Below the pieces are notes generated by a model. The model made no database searches, was not told where the DNA came from, and saw only the letters and a list, made by a program, of their open reading frames with translations. A program made the translations under genes and the position numbers. From assembly GCA_041615815.1 (NCBI GenBank), contig JBFJCP010000004.1, positions 32,001 through 96,000 on the forward strand: a stretch of DNA of 64,000 nt. The letters run 5' to 3'. The DNA is from Gemmatimonadales bacterium. Its GTDB lineage: Bacteria > Gemmatimonadota > Gemmatimonadetes > Gemmatimonadales > GWC2-71-9. Positions 1-8,541 of the stretch are shown here, piece after piece. Position 1 is the stretch's first letter. Each line of letters starts with the position of its first letter.

Positions 1-1452
1 TGGCATGTCGGTGGATTGCTGCCGGTTCGCGGAGGCGGTCAGGGCCGCCATGCGCTCGGCTCGCGTCCCGGAACGACCCATGTGTGCCAGGGAGAGTTCA
101 AACCAGCGAGCGCCGGTCTGTCCGCTTCCCACGCGTTCCTCGATGATCCCGAGGTATTGGTCCCGTTCGCTGGATCCCACGCCCGCAAGGTCTAGGCCGA
201 GCCGCGCCACGGGGAGGAGTTCCTGAAGGATCAATTCGGGGGCGCTGACCGCGGGTCCCCCCATCCAAGTGAACCCGGCCTTGAGGCCGCGTCGGGCGGC
301 CGCTACAAAGTTAGCACGGGCATCGTCGAAGTCCATGTGCTGCGTGACGTCGTCCCACGTCTCGAGCCCACCGAGCATCAGCCCCACCCAAAATGCGGCA
401 TTGGCCACTTCGTCCGCGATCGAGGGGCCCGCGGGGAGGATGCGACACTCGATTCTCAGGTGCGGCTTGCCGTTCGAGATGCCATAACACGGTCGGTTCC
501 ACTGGTACACGGTGCTGTTGTAGACCTGCAACGCCCGCAGTTCGGGAATCGCACCGCAGCGGAGGATCTCGAAGGGGTCCTCGTCGACGTCGGCACCGAC
601 CAGCGATGGGATGCGGGCAATGTCCTCTTGAAACAGCTCGATCACCGACCGCTCGACCCAGCGCTCTCCAAATCGGACCCTCGGGGTGAGGTCCCGCACA
701 TAGGGGATGGCGCCACGGGTGTCAATGGCGTGTTGAAACAGGGCAATGCGCGTTTCGGCCCACAAGCGTTTCCCGAAGAGGAGTGGGGAATTGACGGCGG
801 CGGCCAGGACCGGTGCCGTGAGCGCCTGGGCCAGGTTGTACGACCTGGAGAACGTCTCCGGGTCCACCTGGAGGTGGACCTGGAAGCTCGTGTTGCATCC
901 TTCCAGCATGACCGAGTCGTGCTCGATCCGCAGCTCATCAGTGCCCTGGATGAAGATCTGATAACAGCCGCCGCAGGCCCGGGTGACCGCTTCATTGAGG
1001 GCGGTGTAGCGATCTCGCGGGGTCATGTTGGTGAGCGAGAGGTCAGACTTGGCGAGGGTGGGCAGGATCCCGGTGAGGAGCACTTCGGCTCGGTGACGTT
1101 TTGCTTCGTCGCGAACCTGTCCGAGGAGTTCCACGAGGTATGCATGGAGCCGCTCGAACGCCCCGGCCTCGAGGGGGAGTGGATCGAGGTTGAGTTCGAG
1201 ATTGAAACGGGCCAACTCCGTCGTGAACTCGTGGCCTCTCAGGTTGGGGAGAATGTCGGTGGCCAGCGGGGCGGGTCGCCAGCCGGGGCCGACCAAGAAC
1301 AGCTCTTGCTCGGCTCCGATCCGTCGCATCCCAGTTTCGAACATGCCCTCCCTGAGCATGTGGTCCAGGGCACGGAGGTCGTTGAGGAGGGCACGGGTAA
1401 ACGCGCGAAAACGCTGAGGATCGAGGTCCGGGGTGACGTCGTGGCGGCCCAT
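1..1452 (-). CDS. Glutamate--cysteine ligase family 2 (GCS2)-like protein, 3' end outside window
   Basis: Absent from the ORF track because it runs off the edge. Manual minus-strand reading from ATG 1452: MGRHDVTPDLDPQRFRAF...RIGAEQELFLV...FTTELARFNLELN...CNTSFQVHLQV...NSPLLFGKRLWAETRIALFQ...PHLRIECRILPAGPS; frame reaches base 1. The 337..1470 + ORF is its antisense shadow. Confidence 0.85.
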   Translation of the reverse strand, partial: MGRHDVTPDLDPQRFRAFTRALLNDLRALDHMLREGMFETGMRRIGAEQELFLVGPGWRPAPLATDILPNLRGHEFTTELARFNLELNLDPLPLEAGAFERLHAYLVELLGQVRDEAKRHRAEVLLTGILPTLAKSDLSLTNMTPRDRYTALNEAVTRACGGCYQIFIQGTDELRIEHDSVMLEGCNTSFQVHLQVDPETFSRSYNLAQALTAPVLAAAVNSPLLFGKRLWAETRIALFQHAIDTRGAIPYVRDLTPRVRFGERWVERSVIELFQEDIARIPSLVGADVDEDPFEILRCGAIPELRALQVYNSTVYQWNRPCYGISNGKPHLRIECRILPAGPSIADEVANAAFWVGLMLGGLETWDDVTQHMDFDDARANFVAAARRGLKAGFTWMGGPAVSAPELILQELLPVARLGLDLAGVGSSERDQYLGIIEERVGSGQTGARWFELSLAHMGRSGTRAERMAALTASANRQQSTDMP

Positions 1453-1616
1453 GGACGCGGCTCTCGCTAGGGCAGAGAAGGACGTGAGAACGGTAGACTA
1501 CGAGGGTACAGGCTGGGATGAAGAGGGTTTAAGAAAACGTTCAGAATTCAGAATCGCGGATGCCCCAAGGCGCCGGTATGAGGGCCGCAGCGTTGGGTAT
1601 GCAACGAGGCGGCTTG

Positions 1617-1889
1617 CTAGCCCTGTCGGCCCTGTGCGACCTCCCGCTCTTCACCGGTCTCGAAGAACTCGCGGTTCTTGGCGATATAGCTTTTCCACTC
1701 TTCCGGCGTGTCTTCCTCGGGGAAGATGGCCGTGACCGGACACTCCGGTTCGCACGCGCCACAATCGATGCACTCGTCCGGGTGGATATACAACATATCG
1801 GGCCCTTCGTAGATGCAATCGACGGGACAGACGTCGACACATCCACGGTCCTTCACGTCGATGCAGGGCTCGGCAATGATATACGTCAT
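1617..1889 (-). CDS. fdxA: FdxA-type dicluster ferredoxin
   Basis: [17 protein letters not shown] and [12 protein letters not shown] motifs. Confidence 0.92.
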   Translation of the reverse strand: MTYIIAEPCIDVKDRGCVDVCPVDCIYEGPDMLYIHPDECIDCGACEPECPVTAIFPEEDTPEEWKSYIAKNREFFETGEEREVAQGRQG

Positions 1890-2001
1890 GGCGGATTCAG
1901 CTCTTCGGTCTTTCCTCGGCGCAATGTGACGGTGCTCGGAGGTGCTGTCAAGGCGTCGGCATTCTGTTGCTTGGAGCCGTTGCGGGGGTCATTTTGCGAC
2001 T

Positions 2002-2955
2002 ATGCGAATCGTCTCGTTGTTGGCGAGCGGCACGGAGATCGTGCAAGGACTGGGCCTAGGCGAGCAGCTCGTCGGGATATCGCACGAGTGCGATTTTCCA
2101 CCGGACGTGCTCGATAAACCTCGGGTCAGCAAACCCCGCTTCGATCCCACCGCGTTGGACAGTACGGAGATCGATCGAGCCGTTCGAGCGGCGATGGCGG
2201 AGCACGGCGCCGTGTACGAGCTCGATCGCGACCGGCTGCGGGAGCTGGCTCCAGATCTCATCCTGACGCAGGCGGTATGCGAGGTGTGCGCCGTCCCCAC
2301 CTCGATGGCGGAAGAAGCTACGGACGCGGTGCGTGGTGACGTCACGGTGGTCTCGCTGGATGCGCACGACGTGGCTGGAGTGTTTGACTCGATTCGCCTC
2401 GTGGCTGAGGCAGCCGGGGTACCGGAACGGGGGGCGCGGTACGAAATGTCTCTCAAGACGCGGGTGGCGGCGGTGGAGATGTGGGTCACCGGTGCAGCGC
2501 GCCCACGTGTGCTGGCGCTCGAGTGGCTGGCGCCACCGTTCGCCCCCGGACATTGGACGCCGGAGATGATCCGTCTCGCCGGTGGGGAGAGCATGCTTGG
2601 CACACCGGGAAAGCCATCGCGACCGGTGGACTGGGACGAGCTCGTGGGATTGGACCCCGACATTGTGGTGGTCATGCCCTGTGGGTACGATCTGGCAAGA
2701 GCCGCGGCGGATGCCGATCGGTATGAGGAGCGTCTGGTGGCGGTGGCCACGCGCGCCGTTGATGCGGGGCGAGCGTTCGTGGTAGATGGGTCGGCCTATT
2801 TCAATCGCTCAGGGCCGCGGCTCGTGGATGGCATCGAGATCCTCGCTGCCCTCTTCCATCCGGAACGGTTTGCTGATTACGATCTTGGGGAGTGCGCTGC
2901 CCAGTGGCGGCCCACCACGTCGCCGCGCGCCTCGGTGCGGGATGACGCCTCATGA
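2002..2955 (+). CDS. BtuF-like cobalamin/Fe-chelate-binding protein (no evident signal peptide)
   Basis: MRIVSLLASGTEIV..LVGISHECDFP, PDLILTQAVCEVCAV, AYFNRSGPRLVDG; ATG at 2002. Confidence 0.8.
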   Translation: MRIVSLLASGTEIVQGLGLGEQLVGISHECDFPPDVLDKPRVSKPRFDPTALDSTEIDRAVRAAMAEHGAVYELDRDRLRELAPDLILTQAVCEVCAVPTSMAEEATDAVRGDVTVVSLDAHDVAGVFDSIRLVAEAAGVPERGARYEMSLKTRVAAVEMWVTGAARPRVLALEWLAPPFAPGHWTPEMIRLAGGESMLGTPGKPSRPVDWDELVGLDPDIVVVMPCGYDLARAAADADRYEERLVAVATRAVDAGRAFVVDGSAYFNRSGPRLVDGIEILAALFHPERFADYDLGECAAQWRPTTSPRASVRDDAS

Positions 2956-2985
2956 CACCATTGTCCTTTTGAGCAGGAGCCGGTC

Positions 2986-3414
2986 TTGCGATACGATCCA
3001 GTCCTCGTGCAACCGATGCGTGACGAACTGACGAGCATCGGTTTTCAGGAGTTGAAAACCGCGGAAGATGTCGACAGCACCATCGGGCACGCGGATGGGA
3101 CGCTGTTGGTGGTCGTGAACTCCGTTTGTGGTTGTGCCGCGGGCAAAGCGCGGCCCGGCGTCACGTTGGCGCTGAGACATCGTGTGGTGCCGGATCGCCT
3201 GGCAACGGTATTTGCCGGAATGGAGATGGAGGCCACCGAGCGGACTCGCAGCTATTTCCTCGGTTATCCGCCGTCGTCGCCCCAGATTGCGCTCTTCAGG
3301 AACGGAGAGCTGGTGCACATGCTCGAACGGAGGGATATCGAGGGTCGGGACGCGATGGCGATCGCGGCGGATCTGACGGCGGCGTTCGAGCAGCACTGCG
3401 CACCCGTGGCCTAA
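2986..3414 (+). CDS. BrxA/BrxB (YphP/YqiW) family bacilliredoxin
   Basis: VVNSVCGCAAGKARP (CGC motif), YPPSSPQIALF; AGGAG RBS before TTG. Confidence 0.92.
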   Translation: MRYDPVLVQPMRDELTSIGFQELKTAEDVDSTIGHADGTLLVVVNSVCGCAAGKARPGVTLALRHRVVPDRLATVFAGMEMEATERTRSYFLGYPPSSPQIALFRNGELVHMLERRDIEGRDAMAIAADLTAAFEQHCAPVA

Positions 3415-3421
3415 CGGCGCG

Positions 3422-4147
3422 GTGATTCTGCTGGACCCCCAGGCCCACCCGATCGTTGGCCATCGGGGGGCCGCTGGCAGGTTTCCAGAGAATACGCTGC
3501 TCGCGTTCCAGCGCGCGTTGGCCGCGGGCGCCGACGCTCTCGAGCTCGATGTCCGGATTTCGGCCGACGGCGTACCGGTGGTCATTCATGATGCGACGCT
3601 GGACCGGACCACCGATGGGAGCGGGCTGGTCCGGGACCGCCGGGCAGCCGAGCTGGAAACACTGGATGCGGGCCGGGGCGAGCGCATCCCCCGACTCGTC
3701 AACGTGCTAGAGAGCTACCCGGCCGCGCCGTTGATCATCGAGATAAAGGAAGAGCCCGTCGCGTGTCCGGTGGCGGAACTCCTCCGGTGGACGGGAAGCA
3801 CCCGTCGCGTGCTTGTGGGAGCCTTCCAACGGAGTGCGCTGCGCGCATTTGCGGGACCGGAGTTTGCCAGAGCGGCAGCGCGCGCCGAGACGGCGCTGTT
3901 TTGGGCCGGGTCACGCATGGGTGCTGCCGTCACGGGCGGCGGGTACCGGGCGTTCACCGTCCCGGAGCGGCATCGCGGACTTCGCGTCGTCGACGCGCGG
4001 TTCGTCCGGTCCGCCACCCGGCGGGGGTTCCCGGTCCACGTCTGGACGGTCAACGACGTCGCAGACGCACGTCGGCTCCGTGCGATGGGAGTGGCCGGGA
4101 TCATCACCGATTTTCCCGAACGCATGCGGGAAGAACTTCAAGCGTGA
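3422..4147 (+). CDS. Glycerophosphodiester phosphodiesterase
   Basis: GHRGAAGRFPENTL, ELDVRISADGVPVVIHD, VWTVND, GIITDFP. Confidence 0.92.
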   Translation: MILLDPQAHPIVGHRGAAGRFPENTLLAFQRALAAGADALELDVRISADGVPVVIHDATLDRTTDGSGLVRDRRAAELETLDAGRGERIPRLVNVLESYPAAPLIIEIKEEPVACPVAELLRWTGSTRRVLVGAFQRSALRAFAGPEFARAAARAETALFWAGSRMGAAVTGGGYRAFTVPERHRGLRVVDARFVRSATRRGFPVHVWTVNDVADARRLRAMGVAGIITDFPERMREELQA

Positions 4148-4200
4148 GACACGAGAAGTGAGAAGTGAGGGGTAGGGGGGAAGGAGTAGGGAGTTGGGGG
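4144..4200 (+). repeat. Degenerate purine-rich heptamer tandem repeat
   Basis: GTGAGAC ACGAGAA GTGAGAA GTGAGGG GTAGGGG GGAAGGA GTAGGGA GTTGGGG. Confidence 0.6.
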
Positions 4201-4293
4201 TTCAGACGTGCAGCGGGGAACGAGAGCGGGGGCTAGGGGGATCGGGACTCTACTCGCCAGGGGGGGATCACGGCTGGTTCGGCTTGGCTGTAC

Positions 4294-5106
4294 TTGGGAC
4301 TTGGGGCCGTCATTGGCTCGATGGCGGTGGCGCTTGCCGTCCTGCTGCGATCACGGACGACGCGTGGTGACCACGGTCCGCCGGATGTCGCTGTGGGGCC
4401 GCCGGCGGACGATCAGTTCCCTGTCAAGGAGGAGCCCCCCCGGGAGCTGCTTGCCGCATGGGTCGAGTTTCTCAAGGACGATCTGGCGCGTGCGGTCAAC
4501 GCACTCAACAATCGCTTGAACGCCATCGCGGCCCTTGCCGAGGGGGTAGCCGGGGCCAACCTCACCGACGAGCAGCGAGAACAGGCCCAGCAGATCCGGA
4601 CGGAGGTGCGCCGCGCAGCCAAGATCACGCGTGGTCTCTTGCGGCGGGTGACGGCCATGGCACCGGACACGCTTCCCAATTGGTACGGCGAGTTGGAGGT
4701 CTCGACGAGCGCGCGGGCCGCGCACGTGCTGGTCGTCGAGGACGACGCCTCCAACCGCCGAGTCATCGACAAGCTTTTCACGAAACTCGGGCATCGGGTG
4801 ATCAGTGTCAGCAACGGGTTCGAGGCGTTTGAGTTGCTCGAGCGCACGGCCTTCGACTGCATCATTTGCGATCTGCGCATGCCGAGTCTCAGTGGGCGCA
4901 CCCTGTTCGAACAGGTGGAAGAGCGTCTCCCCCATTTGACGAGACGGTTCGTGTTCGTGACGGGGGACTACACCCGGCCCTCCTCGCGTGAGTTCTTGGA
5001 CCGGACTGGATGTCCCGTTGTCGCCAAGCCCTACGCGGTGGAGGAACTGCTCGCGGCGGCTGCGGAGGTGTTGGCCGGCGCCGGTGTCCTCGTGCGTGGC
5101 ATTTGA
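4294..5106 (+). CDS. Membrane-anchored response regulator with degenerate HisKA-like helix pair and no HATPase domain
   Basis: N-terminal hydrophobic helix; VNALNNRLNAI; receiver motifs VLVVEDD, CDLRMP, FVTG, KP; start uncertain. Confidence 0.8.
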   Translation: MGLGAVIGSMAVALAVLLRSRTTRGDHGPPDVAVGPPADDQFPVKEEPPRELLAAWVEFLKDDLARAVNALNNRLNAIAALAEGVAGANLTDEQREQAQQIRTEVRRAAKITRGLLRRVTAMAPDTLPNWYGELEVSTSARAAHVLVVEDDASNRRVIDKLFTKLGHRVISVSNGFEAFELLERTAFDCIICDLRMPSLSGRTLFEQVEERLPHLTRRFVFVTGDYTRPSSREFLDRTGCPVVAKPYAVEELLAAAAEVLAGAGVLVRGI

Positions 5107-5114
5107 AGGGGCAC

Positions 5115-5554
5115 GTGCGGTGGTGGATCGTTCTGGCGGCATTGGGGGCAGCAGGGCGCCGCCGTTGCAGTGCTGTGCAGCGATGCTTCATGGGTGACCA
5201 ATCCGGGGCCGGGTGCGGAGCGGTTTGCGGGACTGGAAGACCTGCACATCGTGCGGTTTTGGGGTGCAGACTGGGGGCCGGCGAGTGACGCGTTGGCGCG
5301 GCGATTCGCTGAGCGGCACGGCTCGCCGCCAGATCACGCGGAGGCGCTCACCTACGACCCTTTCATGTTGGTGGCAGCGGCGGTGCGCGGCCGCGCTGCA
5401 AGCCTATTTGCTCCGCCTCGGACATGGGAATACCTCGTTCTCGGGTCTCACCGGAGCTTACGTCTTCGCCCACGGTCGCCCGCGAGGGGACCGAATGGAC
5501 GTCGCGGTCGTGAGGGACAACCGCCTCGAGCCCCTGGCCATGAGCACGCCATGA
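5115..5554 (+). pseudogene. Fragmented LivJ/LivK-like periplasmic binding protein
   Basis: Three frames: signal-like VRWWIVLAALGAAG (GTG 5115); AVLCSDAS...FAERHGSPPDHAEALTYDPFMLVAAAVR; AALQAYLLRLG...FSGLTGAYVF...; stop overlaps next ATG (ATGA). Confidence 0.6.
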
Positions 5555-7419
5555 AACTGCGACAGCGTTTCGCGCTGCACATCGTGATGCTGACGGCACA
5601 TGTCGTGGTATTCACGGCGGCGGCGTTGTGGGTGGTGTGGCCGGGGCTCAGGCACGTGGATGACACGCTGGCGCCGCTGCAAGAGGTTTTCTTGGAGCTC
5701 CACGCGCGTCAGGGTCGCCTGGTGGCCGAGCTGAGCGAGGTCCGCACGCAAGTAAATCACGAATCAGAGGCCCACGCTCACGGTGGTCGCGCTTCCACTC
5801 GTGAGGCGGAACGTTCTCTCCTCGCACGTCATGGACGTCATCTGGACCCAGTTACGGTGGAAGTGCTCGCGGACGTGGAAGACACGTATGGGCGGATCGA
5901 GCTTGCGCTAGCGGAGGCAGTGGCGCTGCACGAGCTGGGCGATCAGCGTGGGGCCGAGGCGGTGCTCGCCGGTATCGACCGACAATGGAGCGACCTTCTC
6001 GAGAAGGCGGGACTGGCTCAAATCGCGGTCTTGGAGCAGGGGATCGCCGCCCGGACGGGCTTACAGGATGCGCTGCGAATGCTGAGATGGCTGGGGGTGG
6101 CATGGGCCGTCAGCCTCGTGACGCTCCTGTCATTCATCGCGTACGACGTGAATCGCACGGTGCTTCGGCCCATTAGGGCGTTCGACGTGGGCGTTCGGCG
6201 CTTGGCGGACGGGGATTGGACCGAGCCCATTGAGGCGTCGGGCGCCGTGGCAGAGCTCCGGGTTCTCGCCGACGACTTCAATGAGATGGCCGATGTGTTG
6301 CGACGCCGGGCGGGGCAGCACGCGCAGCTGGTAACTGCTGGTGAGTTGTTGGCGGGTGTGGCTCACGAACTGAACAATCCTTTGCAGGCGATCCGTGGCA
6401 CGGCCGAGCTCAATAAGGATAATGTGCGGGACACATCATCGGACTGGCACGAAGTGACGAAGCAGTCCCGGCGCGCTTCGAAACTGGTTCGAGATCTCCT
6501 CCGGTTCGTGCGCGCACGGCATCGCAGTTCTCGCCCCACCGAACTCAACGACGCGGTAAGCGACGCGCTGAACTTGGTTGCGTTCCAGTTCCGCGCGGAT
6601 GGTATCGATATCGAACTGTCCCTCGAGCCAGATCTCCCACCGGTGCTCATCGATCCCGACGAGCTCGTGGGGGTGCTGGTGAATCTCTTGGGGAATGCGC
6701 ATCGCGTGCTGCAGCAGCATGGTGGACGGCGACAGTTGGAGGTGCAGACGACCACCTCCCATCAAGGGGGTTGGGTCACGGTCACCGTGTCGGACTCGGG
6801 TCCCGGCATCGCTCCGGAATTCCGCCAGCGAGTTTTCGATCCATTCTTTACGACGCGCGAGGGTGGTGTGGGGCTGGGACTCGCAGTCTCGCGCGACACG
6901 GTCCGGCGGGCCGGTGGCGAGTTGCGCTTGGACGAGACATCGAGCGGCGCGTCGTTCACCGTCGCGCTTCCCGCGGCACCCCGCACCGGGCTCCCGGCCA
7001 TTACGGACGCGGACAGCGCGGTGCCGAGGCGGGAGTTCGCGGGGGTGTCGTTTCTGGTGGTCGACGACGAGAGGGCTATCCGCGACGTGCTGGTGCGGTT
7101 CCTCGAAGGCTTGGGCGCCACCGTGGAGGCCGCAGGCAGTGGGCGGGCCGCGCTGGCGGCCATCGAGCGGCGACGCTTCGACATGGTCGTGCTGGACCTC
7201 CGCATGCCGGACGTGGATGGACTGGAAGTGTACCGACGTTTGGCCCAGCGCCATCCGGAGCTCTCGGCCCGCACCATTATTCTGTCGGGAGATGTCTCGC
7301 AGCTCAACCGCGCCGGATTGGACATCCCGGCTCGCCGGATTCTGCTGAAGCCGGTGGAACTGGACCGCTTGCGAGGTGCCGTATCCGACGTGTTGGACCG
7401 TACCATGCACACGGCGTAG
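5551..7419 (+). CDS. Hybrid sensor histidine kinase (2 TM, HAMP, HisKA, HATPase, receiver)
   Basis: AHELNNPL H-box, NLLGNA N-box, DSGPGI, FDPFFTT, GLGL, VVDDE..LDLRMP; start placed at ATG 5551. Confidence 0.92.
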   Translation: MKLRQRFALHIVMLTAHVVVFTAAALWVVWPGLRHVDDTLAPLQEVFLELHARQGRLVAELSEVRTQVNHESEAHAHGGRASTREAERSLLARHGRHLDPVTVEVLADVEDTYGRIELALAEAVALHELGDQRGAEAVLAGIDRQWSDLLEKAGLAQIAVLEQGIAARTGLQDALRMLRWLGVAWAVSLVTLLSFIAYDVNRTVLRPIRAFDVGVRRLADGDWTEPIEASGAVAELRVLADDFNEMADVLRRRAGQHAQLVTAGELLAGVAHELNNPLQAIRGTAELNKDNVRDTSSDWHEVTKQSRRASKLVRDLLRFVRARHRSSRPTELNDAVSDALNLVAFQFRADGIDIELSLEPDLPPVLIDPDELVGVLVNLLGNAHRVLQQHGGRRQLEVQTTTSHQGGWVTVTVSDSGPGIAPEFRQRVFDPFFTTREGGVGLGLAVSRDTVRRAGGELRLDETSSGASFTVALPAAPRTGLPAITDADSAVPRREFAGVSFLVVDDERAIRDVLVRFLEGLGATVEAAGSGRAALAAIERRRFDMVVLDLRMPDVDGLEVYRRLAQRHPELSARTIILSGDVSQLNRAGLDIPARRILLKPVELDRLRGAVSDVLDRTMHTA

Positions 7420-7464
7420 AGCCGATCACCTCTTGGCACTTCACCACAGCGTGCGGACGTTCAT

Positions 7465-8541
7465 ATGTCTGTGACTAACTCCATGCCGCCTACTCGTAGC
7501 GCCGGCGCGTTCTTGCTCCGTCTCGTCGGCTACTACCTCCTCGTGGGTGGTATCCTGGTACTGCTCGTCCGCCTGTTCCCGGGATTCGAGCATATGTTGG
7601 CCCTCGATTTCCGAGATGCCGGGGGTGCCCCATTCTCCCGCGATGCGCTCCAGCCGCCGCAGGTGCTGAGCCCCACCCTGGGCCCGGCCATGAATACGGG
7701 TCTCCTGGGAACACTCGCGATGATTGGGGGACTCATCTTTGCGCTGCCGGTGGCGTGGACGTATACCGCAACCAAACGCGGCGAGAGTTACGACAAGTCG
7801 GTGGTGCAGATGATCGTCATGCTCCCGCTGGCGGTGGGGGGCGTGGTGTTGCTCGTTCGGGGGGAGCTGGCGCTGGCGTTTGCCCTGGCCGGGATCGTGG
7901 CAGCGGTCCGCTTCCGGACGACCTTCAAGGACGTGAAAGACGCGGTCTTCGCGTTTGTCGCCATTGGCCTCGGCCTCGCATCGGGCATGCAGGCGTGGGT
8001 GCTGGCGTTGGTCATCTCGTTTGTTTTTTGCATCGTCGTCGTGAGTCTGTGGCGGTTCGAGCTCGGAGAGCGCCAGGCCGAGCTGCCCCTGTCCACCGGC
8101 CCGCTCACGCTCTCCGAGGCATTGACTCCAGGCGACACGGAAAAAGCAGTGGTGGTTGGGGATCCCGCGCTGGTTGCTCCCCTCGCCGACGAAGAGCTGG
8201 CAGCCCACAAATCGACTGTCTCGCGACTCGAACAACATGTTCGGGCCGATGCCATTCGGGAGAAACAAAAATACAAACATTTACTGCTGGTCTATGCAGC
8301 AGATGTGGAAGAAGCGGAGGAACAGGTGGAGGACGTACTGGAGGAGTACGCGAATCGCTGGCAACTCATCGAGGTGCTCGGCGGCCGTGAGGGCGTTCAG
8401 ATTCTCGAGTACTTAGTACGGTTCAAGAAGCGTGCGGAGATGAGTGAGCTGTTGCGGCGCCTGCAGGGGAACGAGGGTGAATTGATCCGGGCCGTCGAGC
8501 TCAAGTCCATGAAGGGTTTGAGGGACCGACTGACGAAATGA
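7465..8541 (+). CDS. DUF4956 family membrane protein
   Basis: LALAFALAGIVAAVRFRTTFKDVKDAVFAFVAIGLGLASG; multiple TM helices. Confidence 0.82.
   Translation: MSVTNSMPPTRSAGAFLLRLVGYYLLVGGILVLLVRLFPGFEHMLALDFRDAGGAPFSRDALQPPQVLSPTLGPAMNTGLLGTLAMIGGLIFALPVAWTYTATKRGESYDKSVVQMIVMLPLAVGGVVLLVRGELALAFALAGIVAAVRFRTTFKDVKDAVFAFVAIGLGLASGMQAWVLALVISFVFCIVVVSLWRFELGERQAELPLSTGPLTLSEALTPGDTEKAVVVGDPALVAPLADEELAAHKSTVSRLEQHVRADAIREKQKYKHLLLVYAADVEEAEEQVEDVLEEYANRWQLIEVLGGREGVQILEYLVRFKKRAEMSELLRRLQGNEGELIRAVELKSMKGLRDRLTK

Noticed and set aside
337..1470. 377-aa plus-strand ORF
   Set aside because: Antisense shadow of the minus-strand GCS2 gene; no motifs of its own.
5170..5550. N-terminal extension of the 749-aa kinase ORF
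   Set aside because: Belongs to the broken binding-protein gene; ATG 5551 has an ATGA overlap and is followed by a TM helix.
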